DNA of 64,000 nucleotides, from NCBI GenBank assembly GCA_965215195.1, contig CBDCDC010000002.1, positions 2,720,001 through 2,784,000 of the forward strand. Direction: 5' to 3'. A model generated the notes under the pieces. That model made no database searches and was not told the origin of the DNA. It saw only the letters and a list, made by a program, of their open reading frames with translations. How positions within the stretch are numbered: position 1 is the stretch's first letter; the number at the start of each line of letters is the position of its first letter. Position numbers and translations under genes: made by a program. Source of the stretch: Candidatus Latescibacterota bacterium. GTDB taxonomy: Bacteria > Latescibacterota > UBA2968 > UBA8231. Below are positions 9,319-17,454 of the stretch, piece after piece.

Positions 9319-10632
9319 CTATGGACGACGGAAACAAGTATTCACCGTTTCATATAATTCACTTGGACTATTAGGCGACGCAAATAGTGAGAAATCATGT
9401 ATAGCGTTGTGTTTGGATTTTGGATTACTCTGTGCGCGAGGAGTATCTCCGCTAAGTGAATCGAACAGCGTCTGTTGACTATAACTATCTTGGCAATGTG
9501 CATCTTTGTTTACGAAATCGCCCATAGCCTGTAGTCCTCTAGCAAAGCGTGTTAGTATCGTCTTTATTGCTTCAATGCTGTTATCTGCACCTATCCAACT
9601 GCGTTGCATTTCGTTTGCAACAGCAAGAGTTGTCCCAGAACCGGTAAAACAATCAAGCACCAAATCACCGGGGTTAGAAGAAGCGGCAATAATTCTTCTA
9701 ATTAATCTTGGATTCTTTTCAGTTGGGTAGCCAGTAATTTTTATATTCTGATTATGTGCATCACGGAACTCCAACCATATGTCCTGAACGCTAACTCCTG
9801 GGTGTTCGTCAAGATAAACTTTTCTTCTTGGATTTCCGTTCTTTGACCAGAATATTTCTCCCCTCGCGTCCATTTCATCTAGCACCTTAGGCGTGTACTG
9901 CCAGTGTTTGCCCGAGGGGGGCATTTTCCCCCTCCATGGTTTACCAGTTTCCCCCCTGCGTGTTCCCGGAGCATGAACAGGGACTTTCATATACTTCCGT
10001 CCAGTACCCTCTTCGACGTACTGATATTCTTTTTTTCTTTCTTCAGATAAAGGAACAGTTTGTTTATTCCAGATATACTTATCTGTTTTGGTATAAAAAA
10101 GTACGAAGTCTGCGATATTGCCGTATGTTTTTCGCGTATAGTTTTTAGGATTACATTTCTTCCGAACAATCATATTTCGGTAATTTTCGGCTCCAAATAC
10201 TTCATCCATGATGAGTTTCATTTCGAAGATCATTTTTTCATCTAAGTGTAAGTAAAGCGATCCTTTACTCGACAAAAGTTTATGAAGCAAAATAATTCTT
10301 TTACGTAAAAATTCAACGAATAGAGCACCAGTTAAGGTGTCTTCATAGGCTCGCGATTGCTTTCGGGAAACAAATTGGCTTTGAGTGGCAAATGGAGGAT
10401 CTATGTATATGAGGTTTATCTTACCGCATATATCAGGATCTGCCACAAGGACGCGAAGGACATCGAGATTATCGCCAAAGTACAATCGCTTACGAGATGG
10501 ATTGGAATAGAGTTTATCAAAAGAGACTACGGAATCATTGAATATTTCTTCCTCAGTCGCTTTACCTCTATAATCAAGATGCACTCTACCACCTAATAGA
10601 GTATCATTTTTTTTGGGAATACCGATCGCCAT
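9319..10632 (-). CDS. Site-specific DNA methyltransferase, beta class (N6A/N4C)
   Basis: YIDPPF catalytic motif precedes YPTEKN and LDCFTGSGTT (SAM-binding). AT-rich sequence. Confidence 0.92.
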   Translation of the reverse strand: MAIGIPKKNDTLLGGRVHLDYRGKATEEEIFNDSVVSFDKLYSNPSRKRLYFGDNLDVLRVLVADPDICGKINLIYIDPPFATQSQFVSRKQSRAYEDTLTGALFVEFLRKRIILLHKLLSSKGSLYLHLDEKMIFEMKLIMDEVFGAENYRNMIVRKKCNPKNYTRKTYGNIADFVLFYTKTDKYIWNKQTVPLSEERKKEYQYVEEGTGRKYMKVPVHAPGTRRGETGKPWRGKMPPSGKHWQYTPKVLDEMDARGEIFWSKNGNPRRKVYLDEHPGVSVQDIWLEFRDAHNQNIKITGYPTEKNPRLIRRIIAASSNPGDLVLDCFTGSGTTLAVANEMQRSWIGADNSIEAIKTILTRFARGLQAMGDFVNKDAHCQDSYSQQTLFDSLSGDTPRAQSNPKSKHNAIHDFSLFASPNSPSELYETVNTCFRRP

Positions 10633-11524
10633 ATCTAATACCTCCCCTGCAAGAATGTAACCAGTCCATAGTGATACGTTCGGGGAACATTCTGAGTGTT
10701 ACGACTTTCACTTTTCCATGCCATGAATTTTCAATATGGGCGTAATCACTCCACATTGAACCAAGAAGTAATCCTGGACCATCGTTTAAGAATATTACTT
10801 TTACGTCTATACCTTTTGACTCGACATACCCAAGGATTTCGCTTGCACAATCTCGATACTGACCCGTTCTGTCGTCTTCTTGTGCGCCACCTCTATCAGA
10901 ATCATAACGGGCCAAACCTATGGCGAGCGGGATGCCGTCCCTGATTAATACAAAATCGACTGGACGCTTCGGGTTGGGATAATCTTCAAAAATTTCGCCA
11001 AGGTTCACGTCTTTTCCGGCACGCTCTGGCCCAATAATGTCAAGTTCAGAATATCTCTCTCGGATTATCGTGAATAAACGTTCTGTCAGATCATAACCCT
11101 TCTTGCCGCGATCCTTATATTCCCAAAGAACGGCGCATAATGCCTCATCGGGCATAGGACGTGATTGGAATGCCGACTGCACTTCATTGATTGCGCGAAA
11201 TCCTTTGCCAAACTGATCGCATATATCTTGAGCAGCAGATTTCTTCTTCAGCATTTCTACTGAAGTTTCTGGACTTACGTATTTCCTAAATACTCGGCAT
11301 AGCTGTATTCGCATCCATTGCGGTGTGGTTTCAGCTATTGCAAGAAAGAGATCGGTTGAGGAATGTGAGGATTTCAACAAATGCTCAAATGTAACCAATA
11401 CAGGCTCATACCGTTTACATGCGAGCGGAAGTATATCAGGATAATACTCGCCGGTTGATAACGTGATCCATAGATAATCTTCCTCTTGATAGTCAGCGAA
11501 TGATAATTCTCTTCGTTTTGTCAA
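10604..11524 (-). CDS. Type II restriction endonuclease, resembling BstEII-family proteins
   Basis: Overlaps the MTase gene. Motifs WITL..GEYYPDIL, LWEYKDRGKKGYDLTE, RPVDF and ARYDSDRGGAQEDDRTG are recalled from BstEII-annotated proteins (not searched). Confidence 0.7.
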   Translation of the reverse strand: MTKRRELSFADYQEEDYLWITLSTGEYYPDILPLACKRYEPVLVTFEHLLKSSHSSTDLFLAIAETTPQWMRIQLCRVFRKYVSPETSVEMLKKKSAAQDICDQFGKGFRAINEVQSAFQSRPMPDEALCAVLWEYKDRGKKGYDLTERLFTIIRERYSELDIIGPERAGKDVNLGEIFEDYPNPKRPVDFVLIRDGIPLAIGLARYDSDRGGAQEDDRTGQYRDCASEILGYVESKGIDVKVIFLNDGPGLLLGSMWSDYAHIENSWHGKVKVVTLRMFPERITMDWLHSCRGGIRYGDRYSQKK

Positions 11525-11803
11525 TTTTCCCTCTCTTCAAAAAATATCTAATTGAGCAGTAAGGAAGTCAAATATACCTCTACACCTAGTACGGACGAGA
11601 GACCCCGCGCCCCAACTGCGAATTACTCGACCACGGTCAGCCCGGTGAAGATGCGGCCGTTCTTAAAGAAGTACGCCTTCGATATATCCTTGCGCTCCAC
11701 CCCGCCGCCGTGCAAAAGCCCGCCCTCGCAGCCCGCATCTGCGTCTAAGTACATTATGAAAAACGCTCTCATGTGCAAGGCATCCATCAGCAGCAAACAA
11801 AGA

Positions 11804-12523
11804 TTACACTGAATAGAGCGCATCCGCGATCATGCGCAGCGACAGGAGCGTGAGCACTATCCTGAAGACCTTGCGGAAGAGGCTTTCGGAAAGCCGGTCG
11901 CGCAAGCGCGTCCCGCACCACGAGCCAAGCGCGGCCGCGCCAATCATCCCGGCGATGAGCGGCAAGTAGGGCGCGAAGGCGAAGCCGACAAAGCCGAAGA
12001 CCAAAATTTTGCACAGGTGAGTGACGGCCATGACCGTGCCGTGGGTAATGACCAAGCGGTCCTTGGGCAAACCCGCGCCGGCTAAGAAGGCACCGCTCAG
12101 AGGTCCGGCCACGCCGACGAAGAGGGAGAGAAAGGTCTGGAGGGCACCGAAAATGGCAAAGTGGCCGGGCAGGCGAAACGCGCGTTTGGGCACGGGAATC
12201 CAGATGACGAGGAGGATGACGAGGCCGAGGTACAGAGGGAGGTTGTCAAAGCTAAAGCCACCGACTACCTGCGTTCCCACGACAGCACCGAGGACTGCGC
12301 CGCCGGAGAAGGGCCAGAAGATGCGCCATTCGATGTGGCGCAGGCCAAAAAATACGCGGCTGGCGTTGGAGGCTAGCTGCACGGTACCGTGGACGGGAAT
12401 GATGGCCGCGGCGGGCAGCAAGCCCGGCATGACCGAGATCAGCGCAATACCGCCGCCCACCCCGATGATGGCGGTAAAGGTCGAGGTCAGGAAGGAGACG
12501 CCGATCAGGAAAAGGGGCTCCAT
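11804..12523 (-). CDS. TauE/SafE (TSUP) family transporter
   Basis: GVGGG motif in TM1, about 8 hydrophobic segments, FVGVAGP. Confidence 0.85.
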   Translation of the reverse strand: MEPLFLIGVSFLTSTFTAIIGVGGGIALISVMPGLLPAAAIIPVHGTVQLASNASRVFFGLRHIEWRIFWPFSGGAVLGAVVGTQVVGGFSFDNLPLYLGLVILLVIWIPVPKRAFRLPGHFAIFGALQTFLSLFVGVAGPLSGAFLAGAGLPKDRLVITHGTVMAVTHLCKILVFGFVGFAFAPYLPLIAGMIGAAALGSWCGTRLRDRLSESLFRKVFRIVLTLLSLRMIADALYSV

Positions 12524-13558
12524 TTAGTCGGCGAGCACTTCTTGAGCATAGGCGAACAGGGCGGGGGTGCCGCCAGTGTGCAGGAAGATGGCCTCGCCGT
12601 CGAGCCTGCCGTCGCGTGCGTGGGCAACAAGGCCGGCGAGGGCCTTGCTGGTGTACACGGGATCGAGGAGAATGCCCTCCTTGCGCGCCAAGGTGCGCAA
12701 GGCATCCAAGCCGGCGGGAGTGGGGATGCCGTACCCCTCGCCGACGAAGGAATCGTCGTTGTCGAAGTCGGCCGCGCTCATGGCAACGTCGAGGCCGAGG
12801 CGGCGGGCGGCTTGGTTGGCGATGGTGGCCATGTCCTCGTGGCGACCGTCGGCACCGGGGAAAGGGCTGAAGCCGCGCACTTGGATTGGCGACTCGATGT
12901 AGGCCAAGCCTAGTGCCACGCCGGCTTGGGTAGTGTCGAGGGCGCAGAGATAGAGGTAGGACGGGTTGATGCCTTGCTCTGGGCATTGGCGGGCAATCTC
13001 CACACCCGCTTCGGCATAGGCGATGGCGTCGAGGTCGATGGTATCTTCGCGGCGCGGCCAATACACCTGTTTCCCCTGTGCGGAAAGCTCCTCGACCTTG
13101 GCTTGGATGGCGTTTTGCTGGCCGCGCTGATCGCCTTCCGCTAGGACGGTGATCTGTGCGCCGAGCAGGTGTTGTAGCAGGTTGTTGCCTTGCGATTCGG
13201 TTCGGTCGATTGCGCGCACCGGCCGGAGGAGCAGGTGCAGTTCCAAGTCCAGTTTGGCGCAGGCCGCGGCGAGTTGGCGGCAGTAGTTGGACTGCACGGC
13301 CGCGCCCGAGACGATGGTATCGGCCCCTTTGGCCAAGGCGTCGGCCAAGGCAAACTCGAACATCCGCGTCTTGTTGCCGCCAAAGGCCAGACCGGTCAGG
13401 TCGTCGCGCTTGATGTAGAGCGCAGGGCTGTCGAGGTGAGCGGTTAGGCGCGGCAGTGGCTCCAGCGGGGTGGGGCGGATTGAAGCTAGCTGGACGCGGG
13501 GTAGCTTGGCGATGGCTGCGGTGAGGGCGTTCGCTTTTACAGGGTTCATGTCGTGCAT
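12524..13558 (-). CDS. D-cysteine desulfhydrase / ACC deaminase family PLP enzyme
   Basis: KRDDLTGLAFGGNKTR, QSNYCR, LDPVYTSKA, FLHTGG. Confidence 0.9.
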   Translation of the reverse strand: MHDMNPVKANALTAAIAKLPRVQLASIRPTPLEPLPRLTAHLDSPALYIKRDDLTGLAFGGNKTRMFEFALADALAKGADTIVSGAAVQSNYCRQLAAACAKLDLELHLLLRPVRAIDRTESQGNNLLQHLLGAQITVLAEGDQRGQQNAIQAKVEELSAQGKQVYWPRREDTIDLDAIAYAEAGVEIARQCPEQGINPSYLYLCALDTTQAGVALGLAYIESPIQVRGFSPFPGADGRHEDMATIANQAARRLGLDVAMSAADFDNDDSFVGEGYGIPTPAGLDALRTLARKEGILLDPVYTSKALAGLVAHARDGRLDGEAIFLHTGGTPALFAYAQEVLAD

Positions 13559-14646
13559 TCCTTTGGCCAGCCTTGGGGCGGCAGTTGGGAGAGGCGGTTT
13601 TGGCGGTGGGACTCTTCAATGACGGCAATCTGGACGCGCACCTGTTGCGGCGTGATCTGGGGTTGGGCTTCTTCCCGCAGCACGGCGAATACGCCGTCGT
13701 AATAGGCGTTGGACATATAGGCAAACGAGTTTTGCTCGGCCTCGTTTGGAGTCCAGGACCGCTCGATCATTGCTAGCTCTTCGCGGCAATAGCTCGGGCC
13801 GGGCAGCGGACTGCGGATGAGGGTTTGCTTGGGGGCCGTTTGCGGATCGTAGTAGCGCCAAGTCAGCTCCGCAGGGCCGCCGGAAAGGCCGCCGCGCTCG
13901 CCGTGGACGGTGTACATGGGCTGCGGGAAGGGGGTACAGGAAGAGATCTCGATGTCGATGACGGGTTTGTCTTTGGTGCGCAACAGAATTTTGACGTAGT
14001 CCTCGGCATCGCCGGATGTGTTAGCGCGATCCATGGCGCAGAGGATTTGGTCCGGCATTTTGAAGTCGAGCAGACGCATGGCTTGGTCTATGGGATGCGG
14101 GCCGGTGTTGAGCAGATTGCCACCCCGGTATTCCTGTAGAGTCTGCCAGTCCCAGCGGCGGGCGAAACCGCTGAAGGAAATCGAGACTTGGACGATGCGG
14201 CCGAGGACGCCCGAATCAATGACTTGGAGCATCTTTTGGAATTGGGGCGCATTGCGCGACTGCTGAAAGGGCAGGAGCCAGCGGCCGGCCTTGTGGGCGG
14301 CCGCGATCATGGTGTCGAGTTCGGCCACGCTCCAGGCGAGGGGTTTTTCACAGATGGTGTGGTGGCCGGTGCTGAGGGAATCGATAGTGGCTTGAGGATG
14401 GAGATGGCTGGGCAGGGCGTTGACGACCAAGTCGATGTCGCCGCGGCCGAGGAGGTCGCGGTAGTCGGCGTAGGTATCGCAGCCCATTTCGCTTTCGGTG
14501 CGCTGGCGGCGGTCGTCAAGCAGGTCGGCGACCGCGACTATTTGGTACTTGTGCGGGGCGGTCTTGAAGTAGCGGCAGTGGATGTCGAGGCCGGAGCGGC
14601 CTTGGCCGAGCACGGCGACGCGGATGGGGTCTTTTTGGGTAGGCAA
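13546..14646 (-). CDS. Gfo/Idh/MocA family oxidoreductase
   Basis: IRVAVLGQGRSG, CEKP, RRWDWQT...GGNLLNTGPHPIDQ. Start set at TTG 14646 because the longer ORF overlaps the divergent cupin gene. Confidence 0.88.
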   Translation of the reverse strand: MPTQKDPIRVAVLGQGRSGLDIHCRYFKTAPHKYQIVAVADLLDDRRQRTESEMGCDTYADYRDLLGRGDIDLVVNALPSHLHPQATIDSLSTGHHTICEKPLAWSVAELDTMIAAAHKAGRWLLPFQQSRNAPQFQKMLQVIDSGVLGRIVQVSISFSGFARRWDWQTLQEYRGGNLLNTGPHPIDQAMRLLDFKMPDQILCAMDRANTSGDAEDYVKILLRTKDKPVIDIEISSCTPFPQPMYTVHGERGGLSGGPAELTWRYYDPQTAPKQTLIRSPLPGPSYCREELAMIERSWTPNEAEQNSFAYMSNAYYDGVFAVLREEAQPQITPQQVRVQIAVIEESHRQNRLSQLPPQGWPKECTT

Positions 14647-14787
14647 TGTGGGTAGCTTTGTGTAGAGATGGGCGTTTATGTTGGGGGTTGAGAGGGAAGG
14701 TGTCAAGGGTTTGTGAAGGGGGGTAGGGATGCGTAGTTTACCGTGGCAGCAGGGGTTCTTTAGTAAAAGAACAACAGAGGGAAAAGC

Positions 14788-15642
14788 ATGAATCACGTTC
14801 ATATCAGTGAGTTGGACCAAGAGGGCGCCCCGGTCTTTTCCTTTGCGAAGGTGCAGCGAGAGACGCCGTGGTTTGCATTCGACTATTGGGCATTGACACC
14901 AAGGGAAATGCGCTCGGTGGAAGGTATGGGAATAACTTGTGAACAGGGGTATGTGTTTGCGGGCGGGCCGGTGGAGTTGACTGTGCGGCAACAGCGAGTA
15001 GAAAGTGGAGAAGGAGCCGGTTTTATCGTCGAACCTACCGGGTGTGATCACGTGCTGAAAAACTTGACCGATACGTTTGTGCATGTGCTGCGCGTACGCG
15101 TTGCGATGGGGGGTTGGCGACCTGGTATTGGGCCAGTGCAAGTGCTGCGCCGGCGCGTTGCGAGGGACGTGGCTTCACGGGCGCAGCAACACCTTTGGGG
15201 CGTCGAAATAGAGGCAACGCCAGATGTGGTGCCCAAGGCCGGTACCTTTGACGCGCACAAGCTAACGTGGCGCGATGCAATCCACGGCGGCTGTGGGCAG
15301 ATCGCCACCCGGCACGTGCTCTCGCCCGATGACTTCTACAGCGACTGGACCTTTCTCGACCACGCGATCCTCGGCGCGGGGGGATCGGTGGGGTATCACT
15401 ATCACGACTTTCTCGAAGAGAGCTTTGTGGTGCTGAGAGGACGAGGGCTGATGACGATTGCCGACGAAACCTTTGCGGTGAGGCCGGGATCGGTGACTTG
15501 GCAGGGCGTTAGGCAGGGGCACGGCATGTACAATCCCGGGCCGGAGAATCTGGAGTTTGTGCGCATCGCCGTGAAACAAGCAGACAAAGAGTACACTACC
15601 ATTGACCTGCACGACGATTTGTCGGCGCGGCGACCGGGGTGA
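14788..15642 (+). CDS. Cupin-domain protein (probable bicupin)
   Basis: C-terminal HYHDFLEE...HGMYN cupin metal motifs; degenerate N-terminal cupin. Confidence 0.75.
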   Translation: MNHVHISELDQEGAPVFSFAKVQRETPWFAFDYWALTPREMRSVEGMGITCEQGYVFAGGPVELTVRQQRVESGEGAGFIVEPTGCDHVLKNLTDTFVHVLRVRVAMGGWRPGIGPVQVLRRRVARDVASRAQQHLWGVEIEATPDVVPKAGTFDAHKLTWRDAIHGGCGQIATRHVLSPDDFYSDWTFLDHAILGAGGSVGYHYHDFLEESFVVLRGRGLMTIADETFAVRPGSVTWQGVRQGHGMYNPGPENLEFVRIAVKQADKEYTTIDLHDDLSARRPG

Positions 15643-15686
15643 GCAATACTTCAGGAGAGTGATCTGTTTCTGGCTCAGGCCAAGGA

Positions 15687-15714
15687 TTGAAAATAATAAC
15701 CTTAAAGTTATATT
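15687..15714 (+). promoter_or_regulatory. Sigma-70-like promoter with an operator palindrome for the TA operon
   Basis: TTGAAA-16 nt-TATATT just before GTG 15718 with no SD (likely leaderless). Palindrome ATAAC-CTTAAA-GTTAT at 15696-15711. Confidence 0.55.
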
Positions 15715-15717
15715 GTA

Positions 15718-16068
15718 GTGACTTGGGCTGTTGGTTTTGCAGAGGAATTCAAGGTCGAATTCGATGCTTTTTCGGCGTCGATTCAGGACGAACTGTTGCT
15801 GCATGCGCGGTTGTTGGAAGAGTTTGGCCCGCAGCTTGGTCGGCCGCACGTAGATACACTGAACGGATCGGATTACGCCAATATGAAGGAGTTGCGGTTC
15901 AAAGCCGATGGCGGGGTTTGGCGAGTTGCCTTCGCCTTCGATCCGAAGCGGAATGCCATCTTGCTGGTCGCCGGTGACAAGAGCGGTACCAATCCAGCGC
16001 GATTCTATAAGCGTCTTATCGAGAAGGCGGACGGGCGTTACAAGGCGCACTTGAAACGGATGGAATAA
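15718..16068 (+). CDS. RelE/ParE-superfamily toxin (HigB2/Gp49-like)
   Basis: GPQLGRPHVDTLNGS..NMKELRF...WRVAFAFDPKRNAILLVAGDKSG. Confidence 0.9.
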   Translation: MTWAVGFAEEFKVEFDAFSASIQDELLLHARLLEEFGPQLGRPHVDTLNGSDYANMKELRFKADGGVWRVAFAFDPKRNAILLVAGDKSGTNPARFYKRLIEKADGRYKAHLKRME

Positions 16069-16071
16069 TAC

Positions 16072-16398
16072 ATGATGGTCACACTCAAAGAAGTTCTCGA
16101 CGCTCTGCCACCCAGTCGGCGTGAGGAGATCGACCGTCGATATGAGGAGTTGCTCAATGAGGTCGAGTCGCTCAAGGAGCTGCGACGGCTGTCAAAACTG
16201 TCTCAAGCCAAGATGGCCGAGGTGCTAAAGATCAGCCAGCCCGCTGTCTCCAAGATCGAAAAGCAGACGGATATGTATCTTTCCACTCTGCGCGGCTATG
16301 TGGAGGCCATGGGCGGCGAGATGGATATCGTCATTCGCCTGCCCAACCGAGGGCCGGTGAAGGTGAGATCGCTGGAGGCCATGACTGATAGTACCTAA
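16072..16398 (+). CDS. XRE-family HTH antitoxin (HigA-like)
   Basis: LKELRR..LSQAKMAEVLKISQPAVSKIEKQTDMYLSTLRGYVEAMGG, downstream of the toxin. Confidence 0.9.
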   Translation: MMVTLKEVLDALPPSRREEIDRRYEELLNEVESLKELRRLSKLSQAKMAEVLKISQPAVSKIEKQTDMYLSTLRGYVEAMGGEMDIVIRLPNRGPVKVRSLEAMTDST

Positions 16399-16451
16399 AA
16401 TTACGCACCATAGGCCAGATCAGTCCTTTCTCGCCAAAGGAGGCGTTTGCA

Positions 16452-17438
16452 ATGGCAGCAAAAAGCATGGACCAAACCAATACAGCACAGCGCATGGCCG
16501 AGGCCGCCGGCAACTTCCTCGCATCACTGGACGAGGCCGGGCGGCAGAAGGCGGTGATCGACTTTGCCGACAGCACCGAGCGCGAAAACTGGCACTACGT
16601 ACCGCGGGAGCGCGCTGGACTGCCGCTAAAGGAAATGGACGAGCGACAGCGCGAGTTAGCGCACGCGCTGGTAGTGACCGGAGTCAGCGCGTCGGGGTAC
16701 GAAAAAGTCTCGACGATCATTTCGCTGGAGCCGATACTGGCCGAGCTAGAAGGAGCGGGGCGGCGCTTCCCGCGCGACCCCGAGCTGTACTACGTGAGTA
16801 TTTTCGGCGAGATAGGTGGAGACGCGCCCTGGGGCTGGCGCTTTGAGGGCCATCACGTCTCGCTCAACCACACGGTAGTACAAGGTCGGATGCTGGGATC
16901 GACGCCGCTGTTTTTTGGCTCAAATCCCGCCGAAGTGCGCCACGGCGAGCGAGCTGGGTTGCGGGCTTTGCGGGAGGAGGAAGATCTGGGGCGGCAGCTT
17001 TTGCACGAGTTGGATGGCGAGCAGAAAGCAGTGGCCGTCGTCAATGCGGAGGCACCGCGAGACATCCTCACAACCAATGTGCCCCACGTGCGCGGCGAGG
17101 TTGCGCCGGAGGGCTTGGGCAGCGCGGACATGAGCGCAGCGCAGCGCCAAATTCTGGACGCCTTGATCGAAGTGTACGTACGGCGCTTGCCCGAAGCGGT
17201 GGCCGAAGCCGAATGGGCGCGCCTCGGAGCAGCAGATTTACGGGCCGCGCACTTTGCTTGGGCTGGCGCAGAGGAACGAGGGGGACCGCACTACTACCGG
17301 GTGCAGGGGCCGAGTTTCCTAGCCGAGTACGACAACACCCAAAACGACGCCAACCACATCCACGCGGTTTGGCGCGACCTGCACAACGATTTCGGCGAGG
17401 ATATGCTCAGGCGACACTATCGGCAGAACCATAGATAA
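16452..17438 (+). CDS. DUF3500-domain protein
   Basis: WHYVP, WGWRFEGHHVSLN, EYDNTQNDANHIHAVWRD..NDFG. Confidence 0.85.
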   Translation: MAAKSMDQTNTAQRMAEAAGNFLASLDEAGRQKAVIDFADSTERENWHYVPRERAGLPLKEMDERQRELAHALVVTGVSASGYEKVSTIISLEPILAELEGAGRRFPRDPELYYVSIFGEIGGDAPWGWRFEGHHVSLNHTVVQGRMLGSTPLFFGSNPAEVRHGERAGLRALREEEDLGRQLLHELDGEQKAVAVVNAEAPRDILTTNVPHVRGEVAPEGLGSADMSAAQRQILDALIEVYVRRLPEAVAEAEWARLGAADLRAAHFAWAGAEERGGPHYYRVQGPSFLAEYDNTQNDANHIHAVWRDLHNDFGEDMLRRHYRQNHR

Positions 17439-17454
17439 TTGTAGGAATTGCGAA

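Noticed and set aside
11623-11823. Short ORF containing LLHGGG, possibly a PhyH remnant
   Set aside because: Too little sequence to support a family call.
12252-13724. Long alternative-frame and antisense ORFs (also 6791-7717, 15262-16050, 51072-52172, 59134-60036)
   Set aside because: They overlap well-supported genes and are typical shadow ORFs of GC-rich DNA.
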